Origin: Pseudomonadota bacterium
Lineage (GTDB): Bacteria > Pseudomonadota > Alphaproteobacteria > Rhizobiales > Phreatobacteraceae
NCBI GenBank assembly: GCA_023416965.1
Contig: JAEZGJ010000065.1
Location: 4,573 to 68,572 of the forward strand
Direction of reading: 5' to 3'
Length of the DNA: 64,000 nt
Shown: piece after piece, positions 49,027 through 57,478 of the stretch
Layout: each line of letters begins with the position of its first letter
Numbering within the stretch: position 1 is the first letter of the stretch
Notes under the pieces: generated by a model
Databases searched by the model: none
What the model was told of the DNA's origin: nothing
Seen by the model: only the letters and a program-made list of their open reading frames with translations
Position numbers and translations under genes: made by a program

Positions 49027-50814
49027 ATGTCGCTTCAAGACCCGCTCGCCGAAGCCTGCACCTGGCTCACGGCCTTCGAGGAAGCCCTCCGCAGCGCCCC
49101 GGCCCGTGTGGCCGACCTCTTCGTCGAGGACTGCCACTGGCGCGACTTCGTCGCCTTCACCTGGAACATAGTCACCTTTCAGGGCCGCGAGGAAATCGCG
49201 GCCATGGCCGCCGCACGCGCCGACGCGACCGGCGCCGGACACTTCGCGGTCGACGGTGTACCGAAACCGGTGGAGGGCGGCGTCGATCTCTGGTTCACCT
49301 TCTCCACCGCTCTCGGACGTGGTCGAGGTCATGCTCGCCTGCGGGCAGGCCGGTGCTGGACGCTGTTCACGGCATTGCGGGAGCTTGCCGGCCATGAGGA
49401 GAAGCGCGGCGAGACGCGCCCCCTCGGCACTGTCCACGGTGCCGTCCGAAACCGGCGGACCTGGGCGGACGAGCGGGCGGACGACGCCCGGCTCGGCATC
49501 GATCGCCAGCCCTTTGTACTCATCGTCGGCGGCGGCCAGGGGGGCCTCGGCCTGTCGGCAAGGCTGAAGCAGATCGGCGTTCCGGCCCTGATCGTCGACC
49601 GCCATGCACGTCCGGGGGATTCCTGGCGCAGCCGCTATCGCTCCCTGTGCCTGCACGATCCCGTCTGGTTCGATCACATGCCCTATCTGCCCTTCCCGGA
49701 GCACTGGCCCGTCTTCACACCGAAGGACAAGATGGGCGACTGGCTCGAGGCCTATGCCGCGGTCATGGAACTGGACATCTGGACCGGCACCACCTGCCGC
49801 CGGGCCCGCCACGACCCCGGCGCGGGCAAGTGGATCGTCGAGGTCGAGCGCGACGGCGTGAACGCCGTCCTGGAACCGACGCATCTCGTGCTGGCGACGG
49901 GCATGTCCGGCAAGCCGAACCTGCCGGTTGTACCGGGGCAGGACCTCTTCCGCGGCACGCAGCACCATTCCAGCGCCCATCCTGGCGGAGAGACCTATGC
50001 CGGAAAGCGCTGCATCGTGATCGGCGCCAACAATTCGGCCCACGACATCGCCGCCGACCTGTGGGAGCACGGAGCAGAGGTCACGATGGTGCAGCGCTCG
50101 CCGACCCTGGTTGTCCGCTCGGAGACGGTCCAGAAGCTCGGCTGGTCGCTCTATTCGGAAGCCGCCGTCAGGTCCGGGATCGGAGTGGACGACGCCGACC
50201 TCATCGTTGCGTCGACGCCCTTCGCCGTCTTGCCGCAGATGCTCCGCCCCATCGTCCAGCGGATAAAGGAGGAGGACGCCGAGTTCTACGAGAGCCTGCG
50301 CGCCGTAGGCTTCATGCTGACCTTCGGGGAGGACGAGACGGGGCTCGGGCTGATGTATCCCCGCCGCGGCTCAGGCTATTACATTGATGTGGGCGCCTCG
50401 GACCTCATCGCACGCCGCGAAATCGCGTTGCGCAGCGGCGTCGGCCTCGCCGGCCTCACGGCGGATGCCGTGATACTGTCGGACGGGTCCGCCCTTCCGG
50501 CCGACCTCGTCGTCTACGCCACCGGCTACGGGTCGATGACGGGCTGGGCGGCCGATCTCATCTCTCAGGATGTCGCCGACCGGGTCGGCCCGTGCTGGGG
50601 CATGGGATCGGGAACCGCTCGCGATCCCGGCCCCTGGGTCGGCGAGCTGCGCAACATGTGGAAGCCGACGGCACAGGAAGGCCTGTGGTTCCACGGCGGC
50701 AACCTCGCCCAGTCGCGCCATTATTCCCGCTATCTCGCGTTGCAGCTGAAGGCGCGGTTCGAGGCACTCCCGGTCTCCGTCTACGATCGCACCCCTGCCC
50801 CGCTATCCGGCTGA
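49027..50814 (+). CDS. Flavin-containing monooxygenase-type FAD/NAD(P)-binding oxidoreductase with ~190-aa N-terminal extension
   Basis: ATG 49027. Dinucleotide motifs IVGGGQGGLGLSARL and VIGANNSAHDIAADL, plus ATGYG near the C-terminus. Confidence 0.75.
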   Translation: MSLQDPLAEACTWLTAFEEALRSAPARVADLFVEDCHWRDFVAFTWNIVTFQGREEIAAMAAARADATGAGHFAVDGVPKPVEGGVDLWFTFSTALGRGRGHARLRAGRCWTLFTALRELAGHEEKRGETRPLGTVHGAVRNRRTWADERADDARLGIDRQPFVLIVGGGQGGLGLSARLKQIGVPALIVDRHARPGDSWRSRYRSLCLHDPVWFDHMPYLPFPEHWPVFTPKDKMGDWLEAYAAVMELDIWTGTTCRRARHDPGAGKWIVEVERDGVNAVLEPTHLVLATGMSGKPNLPVVPGQDLFRGTQHHSSAHPGGETYAGKRCIVIGANNSAHDIAADLWEHGAEVTMVQRSPTLVVRSETVQKLGWSLYSEAAVRSGIGVDDADLIVASTPFAVLPQMLRPIVQRIKEEDAEFYESLRAVGFMLTFGEDETGLGLMYPRRGSGYYIDVGASDLIARREIALRSGVGLAGLTADAVILSDGSALPADLVVYATGYGSMTGWAADLISQDVADRVGPCWGMGSGTARDPGPWVGELRNMWKPTAQEGLWFHGGNLAQSRHYSRYLALQLKARFEALPVSVYDRTPAPLSG

Positions 50815-50927
50815 ACCAGCGGGCCCGGGAGGCTTCGTGGGGGCGGATCGCGGACCACACGTCAATCCGCGGATCCCCGGCTGGTCCCGAGGCGCGTCCC
50901 ACATGCCGGTCACGACCGGCAGGATGG

Positions 50928-51371
50928 TCAGGCCGTGGAGCGGCTCACCATCAGTGCCGCCGTGCCGCTCTGCACCGTTTCGTCGCGCTGGTTCACCACG
51001 TCGAGCCGAAGGTCGACGACGCCCCGGTCGTCCTTGCGGGTCGGGCGCTTGCCGATGACGGTCACGACGACGTGGACCGTGTCTTGCGCCCTCACCGGAC
51101 CGGTGAAGGTCCAGGTGATGCCGAGGAGGCCCATCACCGTGCCGTCCAGCAGCCCGGCGCGGGAGGCAAGACCGAAGGCCATGCCGACGAGCATGGGGCC
51201 ATGGGCAATGCGGCCACCGAACTGGCTTTCCGCGGCATGGACCTCATCCACGTGGAGCGGATTGAAGTCCGCCGTCAGCCCGGCGAACTGGGTGATGTCA
51301 GCTTCGATGATGGTGCGCCGGGGCGTCGTGTAGGTCGCGCCGGGCTCGAAGGCGTCATAGCTCAGGCCCAT
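50928..51371 (-). CDS. MaoC-like (R)-specific enoyl-CoA hydratase subunit with intact hydratase-2 motif
   Basis: Single hot-dog fold, 147 aa. Contains LTADFNPLHVDEVHA (D-x-N-P-x-H). Confidence 0.85.
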   Translation of the reverse strand: MGLSYDAFEPGATYTTPRRTIIEADITQFAGLTADFNPLHVDEVHAAESQFGGRIAHGPMLVGMAFGLASRAGLLDGTVMGLLGITWTFTGPVRAQDTVHVVVTVIGKRPTRKDDRGVVDLRLDVVNQRDETVQSGTAALMVSRSTA

Positions 51372-51388
51372 CGTACTCTCCTCAAGGC

Positions 51389-51844
51389 TCAGGCGGCCGG
51401 GCGGCAGCGCATCAGAGCCGCGCGCAGGCAGGAGGCGACCTCGACGCCATCCTGGTTGAAGGCCTTGTGCTCGAAGGTGACGATGCCCTGGTCGGGCCGC
51501 GAGCGGCTGCGGCGGACCTCGCGCACCCGGGTCTCGGCGCGGATGGAATCGCCGGGGAAGACGGGAGCCGGGAACTTCACGTCGGTGAAGCCGAGATTGG
51601 CGACGGTAGTGTTGAGCGTCGTGTCGGCGACGGTGAGCCCGACCAGCAGCCCGAGGGTGAAGAGGCTGTTGACGATGGGCCGGCCATATTCGCTCCGTGC
51701 GGCAGCATGGGCGTCGATATGCAGCGGCTGCGGGTTCAGCGTCAGGCAGGAGAACCAGATGTTGTCCGCCTCCGTGACGGTGCGCGTCACCTCGTGGGCG
51801 AAATGACGGCCGACGGCGAAGTCGTCGAAATAGAGCCCGGGCAT
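51389..51844 (-). CDS. MaoC-family dehydratase subunit with variant motif
   Basis: 151 aa. Has LTLNPQPLHIDAHA (Asp missing, one-residue insertion). Adjacent to the canonical MaoC gene. Confidence 0.85.
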   Translation of the reverse strand: MPGLYFDDFAVGRHFAHEVTRTVTEADNIWFSCLTLNPQPLHIDAHAAARSEYGRPIVNSLFTLGLLVGLTVADTTLNTTVANLGFTDVKFPAPVFPGDSIRAETRVREVRRSRSRPDQGIVTFEHKAFNQDGVEVASCLRAALMRCRPAA

Positions 51845-51854
51845 GGTCTTCTCC

Positions 51855-53852
51855 TCAAGATGTGGCGTCGGGGGCCAGAGCGACGAGGCGGTGGCCGGCC
51901 GGAACCGTTTCCCCCGCCGTGACGGCGACTGCCGCGACGGTGCCCGCGCGCGGCGCGGTGAGCGTCTGGAACAGCTTCATGGATTCGAGGACGATCAGGG
52001 GCTGGCCCGCCTCCACCACGTCGCCGGGTGCGACCGTCACCTCTGCAACGACGCCGGGCATGGGCGAGACCAGCGAGTCGCCGGCCTTTCCCGTGCCGGC
52101 CGTCGTTTCGTGGGCGTCCAGGGCGATCTGCACGCGGGCACGGTACTCGGCATCGCCCAGCCGCAGAACGACCGTGTCGCCCGCGACGGCGGCCAAACCG
52201 CGCCTGCTGTCGCCGTCGATCCGGAAGGTGAGTGCCGCCGGCTCGCCGGTGACGTGCACCGTCACGGGCCCCTCCGGAGTGACCATGGCCACCGTTTCAC
52301 CGTCGAAGCGGATCCGGGCCGTCTCGGGACCGTCGGAGAGATGGACGCGGTACTCCTGGACCGCCGGCCGGCCGGCTGGCGCGAGCACGCGGAAGCCGCG
52401 CAACGCACTCCAGGGCGAAGAGGCTGTCGGTCGTCCGGTCGCGGCGACAAGAGCGGCGGCGAGGCCCGCGGCCCGATCGGTTGCGATGGCCGGGCGCGTC
52501 CACCCATCGGGATAGAGGTCGCGCAACATCGCCGTGGTCGCCCGTCCCTCCGCGAAGGGAGCCTTCGCCGCGACCTCCGCCAGGAACACCCGGTTGGTGT
52601 CGGGGCCCATGACCGTGAGGTCCGTGAGGCCGCGGATCAGCGCCTGGCGGGCCGTCTCCCGGGTGGTGCCATGGGCGATCACCTTGGCCACCATGGAATC
52701 GTAGTGGACGGTGACCTCGGAACCGGTGTCGATGCCGGAGTCGATGCGCAGGCCCGGCCGAGCCTCCGGCTCGCGCCACATCGCCACCCGGCCCGAGGCA
52801 GGCAGGAACCCGGCTTCTGGCCTTTCGGCAAGCAGCCGGGCCTCGATGGCATGGCCGCTCGCCCGGATGGCCTCCTGTCCGAACGGCAGCGGTTCGCCGG
52901 CCGCGATGCGCAACTGCCATTCGACGAGGTCGAGGCCCGTGATCATTTCCGTCACCGGGTGTTCGACCTGCAGGCGAGTGTTCATCTCAAGGAAGAAGTG
53001 CTGGTCCGTCGCGGCATCGACGAGGAACTCCATGGTTCCGAGGTTGCGATAGCCGATGGAGCGCGCGAGGCGCACAGCATCGTCGAGAAGCCGGCTGCGG
53101 ATCGCCTCCGCAAGGTTCGGCGCGGGCGCTTCCTCCAGGATCTTCTGGTTGTTGCGCTGGACCGAGCAGTCGCGCTCGAAGAGATGGACGACGCCGCCGT
53201 GATGGTCGGCCGCGACCTGCACCTCGACATGGCGCGCCGTGCGCACCAGCCGCTCCAGCAACAGGCGATCGTCGCCGAAGGCGGCCTTGGCCTCGCGGCG
53301 CGCGGTGGCGATGGCCTCAGCCATCTCGGCGGGGGCCTCCACCACGCGCATCCCCTTGCCGCCGCCGCCGGCCGACGCCTTCACCAGAAGCGGGAAGCCG
53401 ACATCGGCAGCCGCCGCGACAAGCGCGGCGTCCTGGGCAGTATCCGCGTCGAAGCCCGGCACGACCGGAACTCCCGCGGCGCTCGCCAGGCGCTTCGCCG
53501 CAATCTTCGAGCCCATGGCGGCCACCACCCCTGCGGGCGGGCCGACAAAGGCGATGCCGGCGGCGGCGCAGGATTCAGGAAATTCCGGCCGTTCCGACAG
53601 GAAGCCGTAGCCGGGATGCACGGCTTCCGCGCCCGTGCGTCGCGCAGCGTCCAGGAGGGCATCGATGCGCAGATAGCTGTCACGCGCGGCGGCGGGGCCG
53701 ATGCGCACGGCCTCGTCGGCCTCGGCGACATGCGGTGCGCCGGCATCGGCATCCGAATAGACGGCGATGGTGCGCAGGCCCATCCGGCGGGCGGTGCGGA
53801 TGATGCGGCGGGCGATCTCGCCGCGATTGGCGATGAGCAGGCTCTCGAACAT
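51855..53852 (-). CDS. Biotin-dependent acyl-CoA carboxylase alpha subunit (biotin carboxylase + BCCP; MCC/GCC-like)
   Basis: ATG 53852-53850 (MFESLLIANRGEIARRIIRT). Has the ATP-grasp GGGGKGMRVV, EMNTRLQVEHPVTE, and C-terminal biotinyl motif VLESMKLFQ. Track ORF 51855..55025 is over-extended. Confidence 0.9.
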   Translation of the reverse strand: MFESLLIANRGEIARRIIRTARRMGLRTIAVYSDADAGAPHVAEADEAVRIGPAAARDSYLRIDALLDAARRTGAEAVHPGYGFLSERPEFPESCAAAGIAFVGPPAGVVAAMGSKIAAKRLASAAGVPVVPGFDADTAQDAALVAAAADVGFPLLVKASAGGGGKGMRVVEAPAEMAEAIATARREAKAAFGDDRLLLERLVRTARHVEVQVAADHHGGVVHLFERDCSVQRNNQKILEEAPAPNLAEAIRSRLLDDAVRLARSIGYRNLGTMEFLVDAATDQHFFLEMNTRLQVEHPVTEMITGLDLVEWQLRIAAGEPLPFGQEAIRASGHAIEARLLAERPEAGFLPASGRVAMWREPEARPGLRIDSGIDTGSEVTVHYDSMVAKVIAHGTTRETARQALIRGLTDLTVMGPDTNRVFLAEVAAKAPFAEGRATTAMLRDLYPDGWTRPAIATDRAAGLAAALVAATGRPTASSPWSALRGFRVLAPAGRPAVQEYRVHLSDGPETARIRFDGETVAMVTPEGPVTVHVTGEPAALTFRIDGDSRRGLAAVAGDTVVLRLGDAEYRARVQIALDAHETTAGTGKAGDSLVSPMPGVVAEVTVAPGDVVEAGQPLIVLESMKLFQTLTAPRAGTVAAVAVTAGETVPAGHRLVALAPDATS

Positions 53853-53860
53853 GATCGGGC

Positions 53861-55432
53861 TCACATCCGGTAGACCGGGCGGGGTGAAGTATCCCGCGGC
53901 TCGCCGTGAGAGAGGGCGAGGCAGAGACCGAGAACATCTCGGGTCTGGTCGGGCTCGATGATCCCGTCGTCCCAAAGCCGCGCCGTGGCGTAGTAGGGAT
54001 CGCTCTGTTCCTCGAATTGAGCGCGGGTGCGTCGGTCGAGGGCCGCAATGGCCTCCTCGTCCGCGCCCCCCTTCAGGCTGGCGCGCCGGAGATCGGTGAC
54101 AACCGTCGCGGCGACGTCCGGGCTCATGGTCGCGATGCGGCTGTTCGGCCAGGCGAAGAGGAAGCGGGGGCGGAAGCCGCGGCCGCACATGCCGTAATTG
54201 CCCGCGCCATAGGAGCCGCCGATGATGACTGTGAGCTTCGGCACGCGCGCATTGGAGACGGCATAGACCAGCTTCGCGGAATGCTTGGCGATCCCCCCGC
54301 GCTCGGCCTCGGTGCCCACCATGAAGCCGGTAATGTTCTGCAGGAAGAGGAGAGGAATGTGGCGCTGGTCGGCGAGCTCGATGAAATGCGCGCCCTTCAC
54401 CGCCGATTCCGAGAAGAGCACGCCGTTGTTGGCGAGGATGGCGACGGGATAGCCGTGGATGCGGGCGAAGGCGGCAACCAGGCTTGACCCGTAGTCCGGC
54501 TTGAAGGCCTGCAGCGTGCCGCCATCGACCATGGCCGAGAGCGCCTCGGTGACGCCATAGGGGCGCTTGAGATCCGTCGGCACGATGTCGGCGAGCGACC
54601 GGTTGACCGCGGGCGCCGTGGCGGCGAAGGGCGGCGGCGAGATGCGACGTGCCTCGCCGAAGCCGGAGACGATGGCGCGCAGCTTCGCCAGCGCCGCCCG
54701 CTCGTCTGCAGCGATATGGTCGGAGACGCCGGAGACGCGGGTATGCATGTCGGCGCCGCCCAGTGTTTCGCCGTCGACCACCTCGTTGATCGCCGCTTTC
54801 ACGATGGGAGGGCCGCCGAGATGGATACGGCCCGTGCCGGCCACCATCACCACCTCGTCGGAAAGGGCGGGGATATAGGCGCCGCCCGCCGTGCAGCCGC
54901 CGAAGACAACGGAGACCTGCGGGATGCCGGCGGCCGAGAGCCGGCACTGATTGTAGAACGTTCCGCCGAAATGATCCCGGTCGGGGAAGACCCGGTCCTG
55001 CTCGGGCAGGAAGGCGCCGCCGCAATCGACCAGGTAAAGGCAGGGCAGCCGGTGTTCCTCGGCGATTTCCTGGGCGCGCAGGTGCTTCCGCACGGTCTCC
55101 GCGAAGAAGGAGCCACCCTTCACCGTCGCATCGTTGGCGATGACCATGCAGGGCGTGTCGTGGACCATGCCGATACCGGTGACGATGCCGGCGGCAGGGA
55201 CCTCCCCGCCGTAAAGGCCATGGGCGGCGAGCGGCGAGAGTTCGAGGAAAGGGCTCCCCGGATCAAGCAGCAGGTCGATGCGGTCGCGGACCAGGATCTT
55301 GCCACGGGCATGGTGACGATCGACCTGCGCCTTGCCGCCGCCGGCGAGCACGGCGGCGTGCTGCGCGCGCAGTCTTGCGATCAGGTCGGCAAAAGGCTCG
55401 GGGGCAGAACGGTGGAGGGTGGCGGCGGTCAC
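53861..55432 (-). CDS. Acyl-CoA carboxylase carboxyltransferase (beta) subunit, methylcrotonyl-CoA carboxylase-like
   Basis: Motifs: ARGKILVRDRIDLLLDPGSPFLELS, ANDATVKGGSFF, VFGGCTAGGAYIPA, YGAGNYGMCGR. Confidence 0.9.
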   Translation of the reverse strand: MTAATLHRSAPEPFADLIARLRAQHAAVLAGGGKAQVDRHHARGKILVRDRIDLLLDPGSPFLELSPLAAHGLYGGEVPAAGIVTGIGMVHDTPCMVIANDATVKGGSFFAETVRKHLRAQEIAEEHRLPCLYLVDCGGAFLPEQDRVFPDRDHFGGTFYNQCRLSAAGIPQVSVVFGGCTAGGAYIPALSDEVVMVAGTGRIHLGGPPIVKAAINEVVDGETLGGADMHTRVSGVSDHIAADERAALAKLRAIVSGFGEARRISPPPFAATAPAVNRSLADIVPTDLKRPYGVTEALSAMVDGGTLQAFKPDYGSSLVAAFARIHGYPVAILANNGVLFSESAVKGAHFIELADQRHIPLLFLQNITGFMVGTEAERGGIAKHSAKLVYAVSNARVPKLTVIIGGSYGAGNYGMCGRGFRPRFLFAWPNSRIATMSPDVAATVVTDLRRASLKGGADEEAIAALDRRTRAQFEEQSDPYYATARLWDDGIIEPDQTRDVLGLCLALSHGEPRDTSPRPVYRM

Positions 55433-55468
55433 GGTGCGATCCCATGGCTTGACCCGGCCAGTCTGCCT

Positions 55469-55486
55469 ACCTAACGTCTGTTAGGT
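55469..55486. promoter_or_regulatory. Perfect 7-bp inverted repeat ACCTAAC-GTCT-GTTAGGT in the carboxylase/ACAD divergent promoter (TetR operator candidate)
   Basis: Lies in the 74-nt intergenic region between starts 55432 (-) and 55507 (+). It is flanked by an outer inverted repeat, CTTGACC ... GGTCAAG. Confidence 0.45.
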
Positions 55487-55506
55487 CAAGATCGCCCGGA
55501 GAGCCC

Positions 55507-56688
55507 ATGACCATCCGCCCGAACCCCGCAGACCTCGGCGCCGCGGTCTCCTCGCCCTTCTTCGCGGCGGAGCACGACCTGCTGCGCGACCAGATCCGCC
55601 GCTTCATCGAGCAGGAGGTGAAGCCTCATGCCGCGGCCTGGGAGGAAGCAGGCTTCGTGCCCCGCTCCGTCCTGCGCCGCATGGGCAGCCTCGGCTTCTT
55701 CGGCATCCGCTATCCCGAAGCCTATGGCGGATCGGCGATGAACGCGCTCGCGACCGTCGTCTATGCGGAGGAACTCGGGCGCTCGACATTCAGCGGCGTC
55801 GCCATCACCGCGCTGGTGCATACCGACATGGCCTCTGTCCATGTCTTCAATGCCGGCACCCAGGCGCAGAAGGCGAAATGGATGCCCGGCATCATCTCGG
55901 GCGAGGTCATCACCGCCGTAGCGGTGACCGAGCCGGATGCCGGCTCCGACGTGAAGGGCATCCGCACCACGGCGCGCCGCGTCGACGAGGGCTTCGTTCT
56001 GAACGGGACGAAACTCTACATCACGAACGGGGTGCACGCCGACCTCTACTGCGTCGCCGCCAAGACCGGTACCGACGGCCCTGCCTCGAAGTCGGTGACC
56101 ATGTTCCTCATCGAGAAGGGCACGCCCGGCTTCCGCGTTGGGCGCGCCCTCGACAAGCATGGCTGGCGATCCTCCGACACGGCCGAGCTGGTCTTCGAGG
56201 ATTGCTTCGTGCCCGAGAGCGCCATCCTCGGTGAGGAGGGCCGCGGCTTCTACGCCATCATGAAGAACTTCCAGAACGAGCGGCTGGTGCTCGGCGCCAT
56301 GGCGGTGGGGGAGTCGCAGGCGGCGCTCGACCTGACCCTCGACTATGTGAAGACCCGCAGGGCCTTCGGGGCGCCGCTCTGGGACAAGCAGGCCATCCGC
56401 CAGCGCCTCTCCCTGCTGGCGGCCCGCACCGAGGCCTGCCGTCAGTTCGTCTATGCCACCGCCTGGCGCGAGACGCGCGGCGAGGAGGTGACGCGCGAGG
56501 TGTCGATGATGAAGGCGCTGTGCGGGGAATTGGTCAACGAGGTCATGTATGGCTGCCTGCAGTTCCACGGCGGCTTCGGCTTCATGCGCGGCAGCGCCAT
56601 CGAGCGCATGGCGCGCGATGCCCGGGTTCAGTCCATCGGCGGCGGTGCGACCGAGGTCATGCTGGAAGAGGTGGCCAAGCGGCTATGA
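55507..56688 (+). CDS. Acyl-CoA dehydrogenase (isovaleryl-CoA dehydrogenase-like)
   Basis: 393 aa with the ACAD fold. Motifs: AVTEPDAGSD, ITNG, QFHGGFGFM, RDARVQSIGGGATEVM. Confidence 0.9.
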   Translation: MTIRPNPADLGAAVSSPFFAAEHDLLRDQIRRFIEQEVKPHAAAWEEAGFVPRSVLRRMGSLGFFGIRYPEAYGGSAMNALATVVYAEELGRSTFSGVAITALVHTDMASVHVFNAGTQAQKAKWMPGIISGEVITAVAVTEPDAGSDVKGIRTTARRVDEGFVLNGTKLYITNGVHADLYCVAAKTGTDGPASKSVTMFLIEKGTPGFRVGRALDKHGWRSSDTAELVFEDCFVPESAILGEEGRGFYAIMKNFQNERLVLGAMAVGESQAALDLTLDYVKTRRAFGAPLWDKQAIRQRLSLLAARTEACRQFVYATAWRETRGEEVTREVSMMKALCGELVNEVMYGCLQFHGGFGFMRGSAIERMARDARVQSIGGGATEVMLEEVAKRL

Positions 56689-56738
56689 ACCCGCTTGCCG
56701 CATGACGCGCGGCATGGGACATCGCCCCGGCCGGAGGA

Positions 56739-57395
56739 ATGAGCGGAATGGACGGCACGGGCGCATCTGAGGTCAGCACGGACGAGGAACCGGCGCCCCG
56801 TGACGGGCGCCGGATCATCCTTGACGCCGCCGCGCGGATCCTGCGGCGCAACGGCTACAAGGCGACGACCTTGCGCGACATCGCCGCGGCCGTCGGCATC
56901 AAGGCGGGAAGCATCTACTACCATTTCGCCTCCAAGGACGAGATCGTCGCCGCTGTGATGAACGATGGCGTGGAGCGCGTGCAGGAGACGGTGACGCGCG
57001 CGCTCGCCGGACTGCCCGCCACCGCGGGACCGGCGGAACGGCTCGAGGCGGCGATTGCCGCCCACCTCCACGCCCTGCTCGACCACAGCGACTACACCTC
57101 CGCCGGCCTGAAGGCCTTCACCGACGCGCCGGAGGCCGTCAGGACGGCGGCGCGTCCCGTGCGCAAGCGTTACGAGGCGGTGTGGGACGCAATCGTCGCC
57201 GACCTCGCGTCGGCGCGCCTCGTCCCGCCGGAAGTACCGGCAGAGACTATCGCCCTCGCCATCCTCGGCATGATGAACTGGTCGCCGGAATGGTACCGGC
57301 CCGAGCGCCACGCCATCGACCGGCTGGCGCGCGACTTCGCCGCCATCCTGCTGCGCGGCCACGTCCGGCCCGACGCGCCCTGCCCTGCACCCTAG
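56739..57395 (+). CDS. TetR/AcrR-family transcriptional regulator
   Basis: HTH: ILDAAARILRRNGYKATTLRDIAAAVGIKAGSIYYHFASKDEIV. The start may instead be ATG 56748. Confidence 0.85.
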   Translation: MSGMDGTGASEVSTDEEPAPRDGRRIILDAAARILRRNGYKATTLRDIAAAVGIKAGSIYYHFASKDEIVAAVMNDGVERVQETVTRALAGLPATAGPAERLEAAIAAHLHALLDHSDYTSAGLKAFTDAPEAVRTAARPVRKRYEAVWDAIVADLASARLVPPEVPAETIALAILGMMNWSPEWYRPERHAIDRLARDFAAILLRGHVRPDAPCPAP

Positions 57396-57478
57396 AAGGT
57401 CCGCATGCAAATCTCGGGTTCTTGGTTCTCCGTGTGCGGCCCGTCCCGTCTGTCGTGCGCCCCATGCCACGGATGACG

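Noticed and set aside
51855-55025. 1056-aa ORF suggesting a giant fused carboxylase
   Set aside because: The biotin carboxylase starts at an internal ATG (53852, MFESLLIANRGEI). The upstream extension overlaps the true carboxyltransferase frame (53861..55432) and is low-complexity. The same reasoning applies to over-extended ORFs 30861..33857, 57479..59935, 6306..8090, 18300..20492, 17548..18813, 16821..17840 and 12684..14519.
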